Notes under the pieces: generated by a model
What the model saw: the letters and a program-made list of their open reading frames with translations, nothing else
Database searches by the model: none
What the model was told of the DNA's origin: nothing
Source of the DNA: Heptranchias perlo
Lineage: Eukaryota
Assembly: GCF_035084215.1 (NCBI RefSeq)
Contig: NC_090352.1
Span: forward strand, 27,652,001-27,716,000
Direction: 5' to 3'
DNA: 64,000 bases
Part shown: positions 23,861 through 34,914 of the stretch, one piece after another
How the letters are laid out: the number at the start of each line of letters is the position of its first letter
Position numbering within the stretch: the first letter of the stretch is position 1
Made by a program: the position numbers and the translations under genes

Positions 23861-26800
23861 CATTACAGGGGTTAAGATGTCAAACTTTTTGATGTGCTCT
23901 TCTTTTTATTCTCTTACAATTCTGTAAAACAGGAGATATTTCAATGAACTGTTGATATTCCATCAGCCCCAACTTGTGGAACACATATAGAAATGTTCAT
24001 CATAGAGTGAAAGATATTTTACCTTCTGTTTTACTCACTCTCTGCATTTGGTCTATTCAGAATAGTTTTTTTTACAAGGGGGCTTTCTTTCTCTGAGCCA
24101 AATCCATTCTATAGTAAACATTGCAGTGTAAATAACCACAGTGTAACTGGAATCACTGGAATCCTATAGCAGGAAATACCAGCACAGCACATTTCAGGAG
24201 CTACACACCTCAGAATACAGAACTAATCAAATGCTGTCAAGTACTATAGACTGTGCATCTTTGTAGTAAGACTAGTCACTTTGGTAGAACAGTCAAAAGA
24301 TAAGATTTACAATTTGGCAAAGCCCAGTAAACCAACAATAATTTCAACCTTAATTTACACGATTTGCACCATTTGAAAATCTAAACAACGAAGAAACATG
24401 TTGATATTTACAGCACTGCAGCTATGTGCAGATTACTTATATGTTGATACTTAGCATATTTGCATCTTGCTCTGAGATATGACCACTCTAAAGGCTGCAA
24501 TTTATAATAGTTGCATTTACAAAACCATCCCGAAAATAATTTGACAAAAGTTATGTAACTATTTTGTTTTATTTTCTATTTTTGATAGAATAAGTGTTGC
24601 AAATATCATCACTAATATAAATATTGGTTTAAATGTTTCCCTCCCCAACACTACATGTGTCTGGCCTGACTCACAATGAGGGAGTAACTGCAATAAAAAT
24701 CAAAAGGAATGTTTGATCACTCATTGAATATCGTTCCAAACTAACAAAATATAAATATATCTTCTTTTATATTTACAAAAGCCATTCTTTGTAAACATCA
24801 TTGATTATAAAATAGAATGAGAATAGACATTATAAAGTAGAATGAGAAATAGAAGCATTTTCAAATTTATGTTTTCCCTCCCTGTTGGGTTCCCAATGCC
24901 ATGTTATTTTTCCACCGATTTGCTCCCAGACCTTCGTTGGTGCCACTCTGTACGGGCAATAGGAGGAGAGCAAGAACAGTGCAGGTTAACTCATTCTAGT
25001 TATGCCTCCTTGTAGATCCTCTGCCTGGCACCTCCCAGACAGTCCAGTCGAGATTAATCTTCCTTCGGTCTTCCCTTTTTCCTACAATCTGTAGGCACTG
25101 ACAAATTGCATTTACCTAACACCACCTCTTGATTTATATTATCTTCTATTCCACTATTTTGAACCGGATGGTGTGCTGCACTATGGATAGGGCAAGTGAC
25201 TAGTTGCAGCAAGTGTTTGGTCATCCCTCTGTTACTGATATTTTTTGTTGCCTCTGGAACTTTTAATGGAAAATCGGAATACTCAGGCAGCAAATCACAT
25301 CGCAAGGGATAAGAGTCAAAATTTGTATGATTTGTTGTGGGATGTCACTTTGTGTGAAATCACTTTGCCCTAACTACAGACCTTAGTTTTTCAACTAGGT
25401 TTCTCAGTTTACAAAAAAGGACTCATGTCCTGGGGAGAGAACTCAGATCGTACCATTCCATCTCTCAGAGCATTCGCTGACCAGCACACTGCACTCCTCC
25501 ACTGATAGCCTCACAACTTTTCTCAATTCACCTTTCTTTGAATAAAGATAAGTTGTGCAAACATTTTTCTGTTGTTGACATGAAGCTATTGCAGTCCTAA
25601 GAGTTATTGTTGCTATACTGTAAGTAATCAGGCAGATTTGACTCACATAACCTTGAAAGCTGAATGTTTAGCGTAATCTTTATTAGGGGATTTATTGCTC
25701 CTTGAAATTGGCAGTCTGCAGCTAAAGGGAGGAAGCTGAAGGAACTAATAGGCGGCCCTTCAGTGTTACTAAATCAGGATTTGAAGAGTACATCAGCATG
25801 AAACCTTAGCGTAAAATGTTAAGTATTATCATCAACAGAGTAATATACCATCGAACTATGTTTGACCTTTGTAATAATGTTGTAAAAATCTAACTAGTGT
25901 TTACACCGATTTATTGCCATCAAGTTCTGATTAAGACACTGCCAAGAAATGTTAAGCTTAGTTTGTAACTTGTCTGTAGTCAGTTAAAGGTAATTCAATG
26001 CAATTCTGGGCTTAAATCAGGTAGGTGTCAACCCAAATTACACTGTAGTACCTTGAATGTGTAAAATGTTTTGACTGATTTTAAAGCTGTATAAATTAAC
26101 CCTCTGATAAATTCTCTAACAATCTTTTTAACCCCATTCTTCCCATGTGAGGCTCTAGTACCATGAACCTAGCTCTCACCAGGCCCTTTTAATGCTGTTC
26201 AGTTACCAGCTGAAACAAATGATGAGAGTTAACCTTCTTGCCCCATTTTTCTTCCCTCCTTTGGATAAATGCTTTATCTCATCTAGACAATTCTCCGGGT
26301 GGCTCCAGAGATGGATTGTCTACCATACTTTAAATCCTGGCTGTGAACCTCAGTTTGCTTCCTTGGCTGTACCAACTCCACAATGAAGTGTTTTAATTAC
26401 AAACAATGTATATAACAGAAATTAGATATTTAAAATGTTATTTCTGAGTGACTCAGTAAGCCAGGAAACTGAGGACTTGACTCCCAAACAGAAGGTTGCA
26501 AACCTGAGGCCTAGTCATGTCTGGCAGACACACAGCAACAGGGTGCTGACATTTGAATCCCCCCTCTTCAATGTACTCCTTCGTTGTCTATTTCAGAGCT
26601 ACCCAGATTGTGAGTGGAGATATATTTACAAGCCCAAATTGCTTTGCTTTCATAGTAGGAGATTGCAAACAGTCTGGATGAGAAAAAAAGAGAAACAGTT
26701 TGAAATAAAAATCTGAATATTGTAAAATGGATCAGAACAATGAAATCAGTGTAAAGTTTTTTCTAATTATGAAACTCCATGAATTTTGAACTGTTAACAA

Positions 26801-29479
26801 ATTATGGTGCCTCGAGGTTTATTTTTTAAGTGCATATCCTACAGAAGCTGAGGGATAAACACCCAATGTACTATTCAGCACTCTCAGATCAGGTATGACA
26901 GTCAAATAAAATTCAAAAGTTCCCCAGCATTCATTTGACATTATTCAACTTAGCTTCTGAGATGTACCTGAGCTTGCTGTCCTATCTGGGCAACATGACT
27001 GAAGTGTTACCATTCATGGCATTTGTACCCACCCAATTTATGCCCACACCAAAAACTATAATGAGGCTGCTGCTACTTATTTCAGTTAATATTCCTCAGA
27101 AGCAATAGAGGAAAAAAATACTTCAATCCCACCTATCTAGGCTTCATTCCAACACGGATCCCAGGCTAAGGAAGATTATTTTCCTCTATATTGTTAAGGG
27201 TTAAAAGTTCTTAGTAAAAAGATAATAGGTGTAACATTATTTTACAAGTTTAATCATATAAACAGATTGGTTTCTTTTTTTTTGTTTCCATTCACCCATA
27301 TTTTTACACAATCTGATTTTATTGGTATTATAAACGTGTGAATTTTAGATATAAAATCAACAAAACAAAGCTTTTGGGCGATGTCTAAGAACAAGGATGA
27401 AATATTTATATTCAAGATAACATTATCATTTAAATATTTTTCATCACTTGCACTGATTGCTCTGTGCCCTCACACATCCCACAACTTCAGTCAATTACCT
27501 TTATTTGAGGTCTTATTTCTTTCCACATCAGAGTTATCTAAGTGACTGAGTTTGTAGTCAATGAAACAAAATCTTTGCAATATTTTTTTCTTTGAATTCC
27601 ATTATATTGGATTTTGTAATGGTGCTACTAAAATGAAATTAGAATTATTACTCAGGGCAAAATTACAGGATATTGATGGACTATTAATTTGTGTGTTATG
27701 GTTCCAGCTTTCGCCCAACACCTTTATCTTGTGTTAAAAGCAAAAAGATGACTTTCATAAATGGCCGTAGTCTCCTATGAACAGAAACATGTCTGAGACA
27801 GGATGTGTAGTGTTAGCAATTACGTTTTTGTGATATCAGCTATTGGTGAGCATTTGGGATACTGACTATGATCTCCTTACTCCTTTTGAAAGGCATAAAG
27901 CATCATACCATCAGACCAAAGCATGTAGGAGACCAATAGCCAGATTTATTTACAAATATAATACACAGAAGTAAGACACAGCAAGTTACTGAAAGTACAA
28001 TACTTAAAATCATAAAGATAGGAACAGTCCAAAAAGGTTAAAATACCCTTTTCAAATGTGCCACTTTCACAGCTTGATAAGCAACAGGACTTTTGAATGA
28101 AACAACCTTTGGTAGACTTTTACAATATGAAGTTGTACATGCATTTCCAACCCACAGCACAGATCTCCAGATCTAACTAAAGCTGAGTAACTAGAACTGT
28201 GACTTGCTGACATGGGAAACTTTCAACTTTTAGTCATGCTTTTGAAGTTCATAAACAACCCAACCACAACAGAACACATCTTGTGGGGAAAGGATTTAAT
28301 TTGGGATATTACTGACTTGCACTCATCTCCCTTTAATGATTCAGCCATCAGAGCAATAAAATTCAAATATTCTCCTAGTCTGTTAATCAATATACATTAA
28401 CATTTCAAAGCAGCCAGACCTAGCCATCAAGCAACTTTGGACTTAATTAATTTGTGTAGAGATGTTGACACAGACAAAGAGAATCTATCCAAGGCAGACA
28501 CTTTTCATTGCCACATTTTGACTATGAGGCCGTGTATTGGTCAACCTTGCGACAGAAATGATGAGCTTCCCTGAGAGATACCACCCTATCACTGTCTCAT
28601 TATTTGTTTTAACAAAGAAATGATTATGTCCAGAATCATAGCATGATCAATAATCAGTCATAATAAAGGGCACAAATTATATCTCCCTCCAAGAAAATGT
28701 TTCATTTATTTATTTATAACTGAGGTTGTGACAACATTTTTGTATCTATTACTTCCAAATATTACTGTGCCCTCCCGTCTCTTTGTTACTTCCTTCATCT
28801 CCAGTGCAGGTGAACCAGATGTGGACTTTTCTTCAAATTTCATGGAAAAGTTATTCTGTTTTCCGATCCTTGTCACTGCAAGGTTTTTGTCAAAGGTTAG
28901 TGTGAGCGTGGCTCAGCAATTTGCATGTCAATTGGTCGGTAAATATCCACCAAATTACCTTCTTGTTTAAAAAGACTTTATGCAATATTGTATCACTAAG
29001 ATGACAATGTGCTTTATATTTTTATCTTGTTCACTAAAGAATTGTTTCATCCTTAAATAGCACAAATGAATCACTCACCAGGTGAAACCTTTTATAAAGA
29101 TTCTACGTTATTTCCGAATTATGTCCTCACAGTTTATATTCCTCACTTGATTCCAATTTCAAGGTAAATTTAATCTCTGTTGCCTGTTTATTTTTCTTAA
29201 ATATTTAATTGTAAACAAACATTTTAATATAGTAACAGTCTTTTCGAGGTCACGTGGAAATAGTAATACTGACAAGGGAGTGTGTTTACAGAAAAAAAAT
29301 TAAATTTTCATGAGTGAAGCAGCCTAAATAAGATGTATTATATCATGTTCTGCAGTACATCTGAGTGTTATAATGAGGGTCAATAGAGCATACTGCTCTA
29401 TGATGCTTCATTTGGGAGTTAGACGAAGATTAGTTTACAGGGAAGGATGTGTTATAGAGGAGGTGTTTTTCCTTACGCA

Positions 29480-29625
29480 TTTGCTGTTTGCAGGATCTTG
29501 CTGTGTACCAAACAGCTGTTACATTTGCCTACATAACAGTAGTCGCTATTCATTGTCCATGAAACATTTGAGGTATTTGCAAGAAACTTGGTAAAGTGCT
29601 ATTTAAATGCAAGTCTTTCTTTCTT
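29480..29625 (+). mobile_element. Deu-SINE 3' half, diverged
   Basis: TTGCTGTTTG..GGATCTTGCTGTG..GTGCTATTTAAATGCAAGTCTTTCTTTC. Confidence 0.7.
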
Positions 29626-29792
29626 TCACATTTTATATTAATCAGGAAGTATAAAAAAGAATGTTATTTAAAGATGTTATGATTCATCATAGTGAGGGCT
29701 GTCACTTATGTAGTTCAACAGCTCTACTCACACTTGCTAAAACTCTATTGCATTCATAATGAATTGGGAGCAGGGTTGTGAATTGTTTTTTC

Positions 29793-30478
29793 GGTTCATA
29801 CTCCTGTGACTCGGCCAACGTTGTCTACCTCATATGTTGCAGGAAAGGATGCCCCAGAGCATGGTACATTGGCGAGACCATGCAGACGCTGCGACAACGG
29901 ATGAACGGACACCGTGCAACAATCGCCAAACAGGAGGGTTCCCTCCCAGTCGGGGAACACTTCAGCAGTCATGGACATTCATCCACCGACCTTCGGGTAA
30001 GCGTACTCCAAGGCGGCCTTCGAGACACACGACAACGCAAAATCGTCGAGCAGAAATTGATAGCCAAGTTCCGCACCCATGAGGACGGCCTCAACCGGGA
30101 TCTTGGGTTCATGTCACGCTACACGTTACCCCACCAGCGAACAAATGTTATCTGTTTTTAATATAATGGGTCATTTGCTGGCTTTCTCTGCCTTCCGGAT
30201 GTTTCTGCCTCTCTCTGTTTTTTTTCCTGTTTGTTTTTTTGTTGAATGTGTATTCGGGGGTTCTGCAGGTGACACCTCTCTGTCTGAACACGGTGATTGC
30301 CTTGGCAACGGGCAGTTGCAGGGGCATTCTGTAAACACCATGTATTGTTCTATATGTATAAATGCGTAGGCTTCAAGGAGCTCCTGAACATTTACCTGAG
30401 GAAGGAGGAAGTCTCCGAAAGCTTGTGAATTTAAAATAAAATTGCTGGACTATAACTTGGTGTTGTAAAATTGTTTAC
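29793..30478 (+). mobile_element. Young 5'-truncated Penelope-like element (family A): GIY-YIG endonuclease and pLTR, 12-bp TSD
   Basis: NVVYLICC..YIGETMQTLRQRMNGHR..PVGEHF..EQKLI..GLNRD with frame intact and CpGs retained; AATTGTTTTTTC at 29781-29792 and 30479-30490. Confidence 0.93.
30390..30430 (+). ncRNA. Minimal type I hammerhead ribozyme in the Penelope pLTR
   Basis: Stem I ATTTAC (30390-95) / GTGAAT (30425-30); CTGAGGA core (30396-402); stem II GGAG/CTCC; GAAA (30417-20); palindromic mini stem III AGCT; predicted cleavage after T30424. Confidence 0.8.
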
Positions 30479-30799
30479 AATTGTTTTTTCAATTACCTAA
30501 TCTGCACCACTCCCACCAATTTAGTTTGTAATAAAAAAATACATTCTTTTAAACAATACTCTTTTTAAGTATCTGTGGGTGTAGTTTATTTAGCAGCTTC
30601 CTCTTTGTCACTTAGATTTAGAGTTTGCTAGTTTGATGGTGATAGCATCACTTGGATTCTTTATTATTTCATTTTATTGTATCTCATTTATTGAGAAGTT
30701 CAAAATTTATACATGAAAAAGATTATCTATACAGCAGAGTGATCCCTAGTGTAGTGTTTCTTAAATTCTCCCTTTGACACTCTTCTCTCTTAAACTTCT

Positions 30800-31383
30800 T
30801 TAGAACCTTGGTTGGACCACACTTGGAGTACTGTGAACAGTTCTGGTCTTCATATTATAAAAAGGATATACAGATACTGGAGAAACAGCAAAAAAGATTT
30901 ACTAGGATGATACCAAAACTGCGAGGTTATACCTATCAGGAAAGATTGAGCAGGCTGGGGCTCTTTTCTCTAGAAAAGAGAAGACTGAGAGGTGACCTGA
31001 TAGAGGTCTTTAAGATTATGAAAATGTTTGCTAGGGTAAATGTAGAGAAGATGTTTCCACTTGCAGGGGAGACCAGAACTAGGGGCCATCAGTATAAGAT
31101 AGGCATTAATAATTCCAATAGGGAAATCAAGAGAAACTTCTTTACCCAGAGAGTGGTTAGAATGTAGAACTTGCTACCACAAGGAGTAGTTGAGGCGACT
31201 AGCATAGATGCATTTAAGAGGAAGCTAGATAAACACATGAGGGAGAAAGGAATAGAAGGGTATGCTGATAGGGTTAGATGAAGTAGACAGGGAGGAGGCT
31301 CACGTGGAGTATAAACTCCGACATGGACCTGCTGGGCCAAGTGGCCTGTTTCAATGCTGTACATTCAGTGCAATTCTATGTAA
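30800..31383 (+). mobile_element. CR1 LINE 3' fragment (same subfamily as the 7-8.5 kb copies)
   Basis: PHLEYCEQFWS, RRLRGDLIEVFKIM, KRNFFTQRVVRM; shared 3' UTR. Confidence 0.92.
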
Positions 31384-31949
31384 AGTACCCCCACACCATG
31401 CATCATACAAGATGTAATATGCATCATGCAACTCCAGTGCGGTGTCAAATTTAGTTTAAAAATTGTTCAAAGGTCCTCTTGAATCTCATGGACAATTTAA
31501 AAACTTACACAGAGTTGTATTAAAAGTCTGAGAAGCCAGTAGTTCCCACCCACACTCTCAAAATATTTTAAATTAACCAACAGCGAGCATTGCTCTGTAC
31601 TTGCACACAAGCATGCAGGTGGATTCTCCAGCTACAGGTCTCAGACCAGTAACTGCAGTATAAGCCAGTTTTGTGTGGGGGAACCCTGCAAAGATGGACA
31701 CACTCTTGCAAATATTTACGTACTCTGGGTGACTCCTCAACTTAAGTTCTGAAAAAATTTTACTCGTATATAGCAACAGATTAATGAGTAAATCAACAAA
31801 TACAAGACGACACAGGAATTGGACGACAGACAGAAATCAGACGGATTTGCTTAACCCCCTCTGCCCAGAGACCTCTTCATCCTCCCCCCTCTCCCCTGCC
31901 ATGGTGCAGGGACTATAGTTTGAAAATCTGTGGTATATCATAGTATCGT

Positions 31950-32140
31950 AGAGCATAGAAGGAGAACATTTAGTCCATCGTGTCTGTGCCGGCTCTTTGA
32001 AAGAGCTAGCCAATTAGTCCCACTCTCCAGCTCTTTCCCATTAACCTTGCATATTTCCTTTTCAAGTATATCCCTGAAAGTTACTATTGAATTGGCTTCC
32101 ACCACCCTTTCAGGCAGTGCATTCCAGATTATAACAATAT
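31950..32140 (-). mobile_element. CR1 3' end fragment, diverged
   Basis: TTCCACCACCCTTTCAGGCAGTGCATTCCAGAT (antisense of IWNALPERVVEA). Confidence 0.65.
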
Positions 32141-32919
32141 AGAAGTTCCCAGACTATATGTAATCATGAGTTTTATCAATATACATCACCTAAACCTTAA
32201 CTGCAAAGCTGGAGATATTACGTATTGAAAATATTTCCTATGACAACGATCATCCTTTTGATACCTGGAAGCCTGGACACGTCAACACTGATATTGTAAA
32301 CTATCCAGTCCAATTAGCGTATGTGTTTAAATACTTGAAATATGCTGCTTGGAATATTTATCTGAAGAAATTATTTTGCATGCCAAGGTTTCTATGGTTT
32401 TTATGCAATGGTAGACCTGCTAGTTTCATGTTTTTATTCTCTTCAAACAACCTCACTGAAAACTGGTAAAAGCTACCATTTTAAATCTATAAAATGTTTT
32501 ATTTTCTACCTGAATAGGCAATATTGTGACATAATCAGCAAATGTATTGCCAAAACCACCAAAAGCATTTAAAACAGTAACTTTTGAATCTTTTCTGTAG
32601 GTTGGGAATGGGGAGGGAAAATGTGCTGGATTTCAGTGCTCTTAGCTCAACAATCTCACTGAAATTTATTTACGGAATTTAACAGCTATACTATTGAAGT
32701 TTATTTAGGGTACAGTTGTACTGCCACATTCATATTGATGCAAAGTGGTTTTGGGTGCGTTTCAATACGAATGTGACAGAATGACTCACCCAACACTAAA
32801 GCCTGAGCTGCAAGAACCTCTTCGGGATGTTGTCTCACATGGGCTTTGAGTTTGCATCAAGCCCAGTATAATTCCAGCCTCTAGGCCATCTCTGCTTGTT
32901 ACAATGGCTCAGGTGGAGG

Positions 32920-33130
32920 TAAAATGACCCATTGTACCATTGGAAAAGCAGAAGGGTCTCCTGGTGTCCTGGCCAACATGTATTTCTCAACCAACATTAC
33001 CAAAAACAGAATAATTAAACATTCCTCTCATTTGCTATTTATGGGAACTTGCTGTGTGCAATTGGCTGCCACTATTATAATTTGACTACACCTCAAAAGA
33101 TGTAAAGCTCCTTGGGACATTCAAAAGCTT
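32920..33130 (+). mobile_element. Deu-SINE fragment, diverged
   Basis: TCCTGGTGTCCTGGCCAACAT..CTCAACCAACA..CTTGCTGTGTGCAATTGGCTGCC. Confidence 0.7.
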
Positions 33131-33619
33131 CCTAATACGGATGCTGATTTTGAAAGTTAAAGGTGACATTGTTGAGAAATAAACCTTCAAAAGTAAATTC
33201 CCACCGATCGAAACTACAGGGGGCAAAAGCCAAGGGTTGAACAAATGTCCTCACGGAGATTTATCTACATAAAGGCAGCTCACAAAACCAAACAGCAACA
33301 TGCAGGGGGATGTTTACATTCGAGATACCAAAACTGATTTCAAAGATATTTTGATTAACTTCTGCAGAGAAAAAAAACTGAACTCCATTCGTTGCATTAG
33401 CAGTTGCAGTGTTCCAGTGTGACACCTCACCCACCAAAGAGAAAGCTATGCACCGCTAGCGTTAATGCTAAAAGATAATATCCTTCCCAGTTTAAGTTGT
33501 CTACAGAGCTGAAATTGAAATTTGTGTCGTGGGCAAAGTGGGGATCTCATCACTGCTCCAGTGAGTGAGCAAGTGTTTGAGCGTGTATGTGAGTTGAGTG
33601 TGAGAGTGTGTGTGTGTGT

Positions 33620-34490
33620 TTGGGGCGGGGGGAGAGAAATGCCAATATGGGACATTGCTGTTTGGCTGCTGCCGATCGCTTCATTGCTTTTCCTGCTAAA
33701 ACTGTACTTTGCTAGTTTGACAGCTCGCTGGTCCGCTCGGGAGGAGGGAGTCGCGGGCAGCAGCGCCCCGAAACTGATTTGCAAACCTTCAGCTCTCGCC
33801 AATTACCTCTTGAAAACATGCAAGACTTTTTCACTGGACTGCGATTGCCGGCGGGCGTGGGAACAGTGGTCACACTTCCAGACTCTCTACAGTGCAATCT
33901 GGCCAGCAAGCCGAGAGCTGGATTTCGTGCGGGAACATCTGCAGATGTCAGACGAGGGTCTGATCGCCCTGGACTGGGCGGTCAGCGGATCCGTGAGCCG
34001 GGGGCGAGCGTCCAGCAACTCGCCCACCCCGATCTTGCTGGTCATTCCCAACTCCTTGGGGAAAGTGACCAGAAACGCCTCCATGCTCTGCCTCCTCGCC
34101 CTTCGCCACGGCTACCGGCCGGTGATATTTAACCGGCGCTGCCACAACGGAGTCCCTCTCACCACCCGCAAGCTTCTGCCCTTCGGAGACCCCTCGGACC
34201 TGCGGGAAGCCGTGAGCTACATCCGATACAAACACCCCGCGGCCAAGCTGTTCGCGACGAGTGAGAGCAGCGGCTCGGGGTTGCTGCTGTCCTATCTCGG
34301 GGAGTGTGGCTCCTCCAGCTACATCACAGCGGCCGCTTGCATTTCCCCCATCTTCAGGTGTCAGGACTGGTTCGAAACGGGGCTGCTCTGGTTGTACCGC
34401 TGGATCATGCTTTTATATCAGAAAACTAGCCTCAGCAGGTAAAATCCCGACTCCAACGCCCAGCGACCATTGCAGTCCATCGACCGATGG
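33620..34490. promoter_or_regulatory. CpG-rich island over ABHD15 exon 1, preceded by a (TG)n tract and GC box GGGGCGGGG
   Basis: Marked CpG enrichment relative to the CpG-poor window; GC box at about 33622-33630. Confidence 0.65.
33639..34438 (+). CDS. ABHD15: ABHD15 (alpha/beta hydrolase domain-containing 15), coding exon 1
   Basis: N-terminal TM, LICKPSALA, REHLQMSDEGLIALDW, LLVIPNSLGKVTRN, FGDPSDLREAVSYIRYKHP, SGSGLLLSYLGECGSSSY; donor AG|GTAAAA at 34439, phase 2. Confidence 0.95.
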
Positions 34491-34914
34491 CTTTCCAGAC
34501 TTTTTTTTTGGATGGGGTAGGGAGGAGACCCTCCTAACTTCCGAAAGACAGTGTCATCTTCCTAGAGGAAAACTGCAGATTTTTTATTGGTACACAGCAA
34601 TAGGAATAATGAGCTCGCAAGTTACACACACAAAAAAAGAATTCAACCACTGCCTTATCAGGAGGGAAGGCGAGAGTAAAGTTTAGACACAGTCTCTGAA
34701 CAACATTGAAGCAAAGGAATTTCCTAGCACTTAATTGCATATATAAAAAAACAGGGAAGCAGTATTATAAATAAAATTTCATCCTATGTTCCTATTATAA
34801 TAAGATTTCAATAAAATGTAATTGCCCACTCGAACTGTGAAAATACCCACTACAATTACAGAACGTGGAAAAAAGCATTATATAACAGGAAGTGCAGTAC
34901 AACGACCGATACAC

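Noticed and set aside
24880-25305. Possible TP53I13 or other exon remnant on the minus strand
   Set aside because: Short hydrophobic stretch only, with stops in all frames and no TP53I13 motif recognised
29778-30161. GIY-YIG nuclease ORF as a domesticated gene
   Set aside because: Bounded by TSDs, begins mid-domain without an ATG, and is followed by a Penelope pLTR
33522-33638. N-terminal extension of the 306-aa ABHD15 ORF
   Set aside because: Starts at a TTG and runs through a (TG)n tract; the ATG at 33639 directly precedes the TM segment
33446-34686. Several overlapping or antisense ORFs over ABHD15 exon 1
   Set aside because: Expected by-product of GC-rich coding sequence; no recognisable domains
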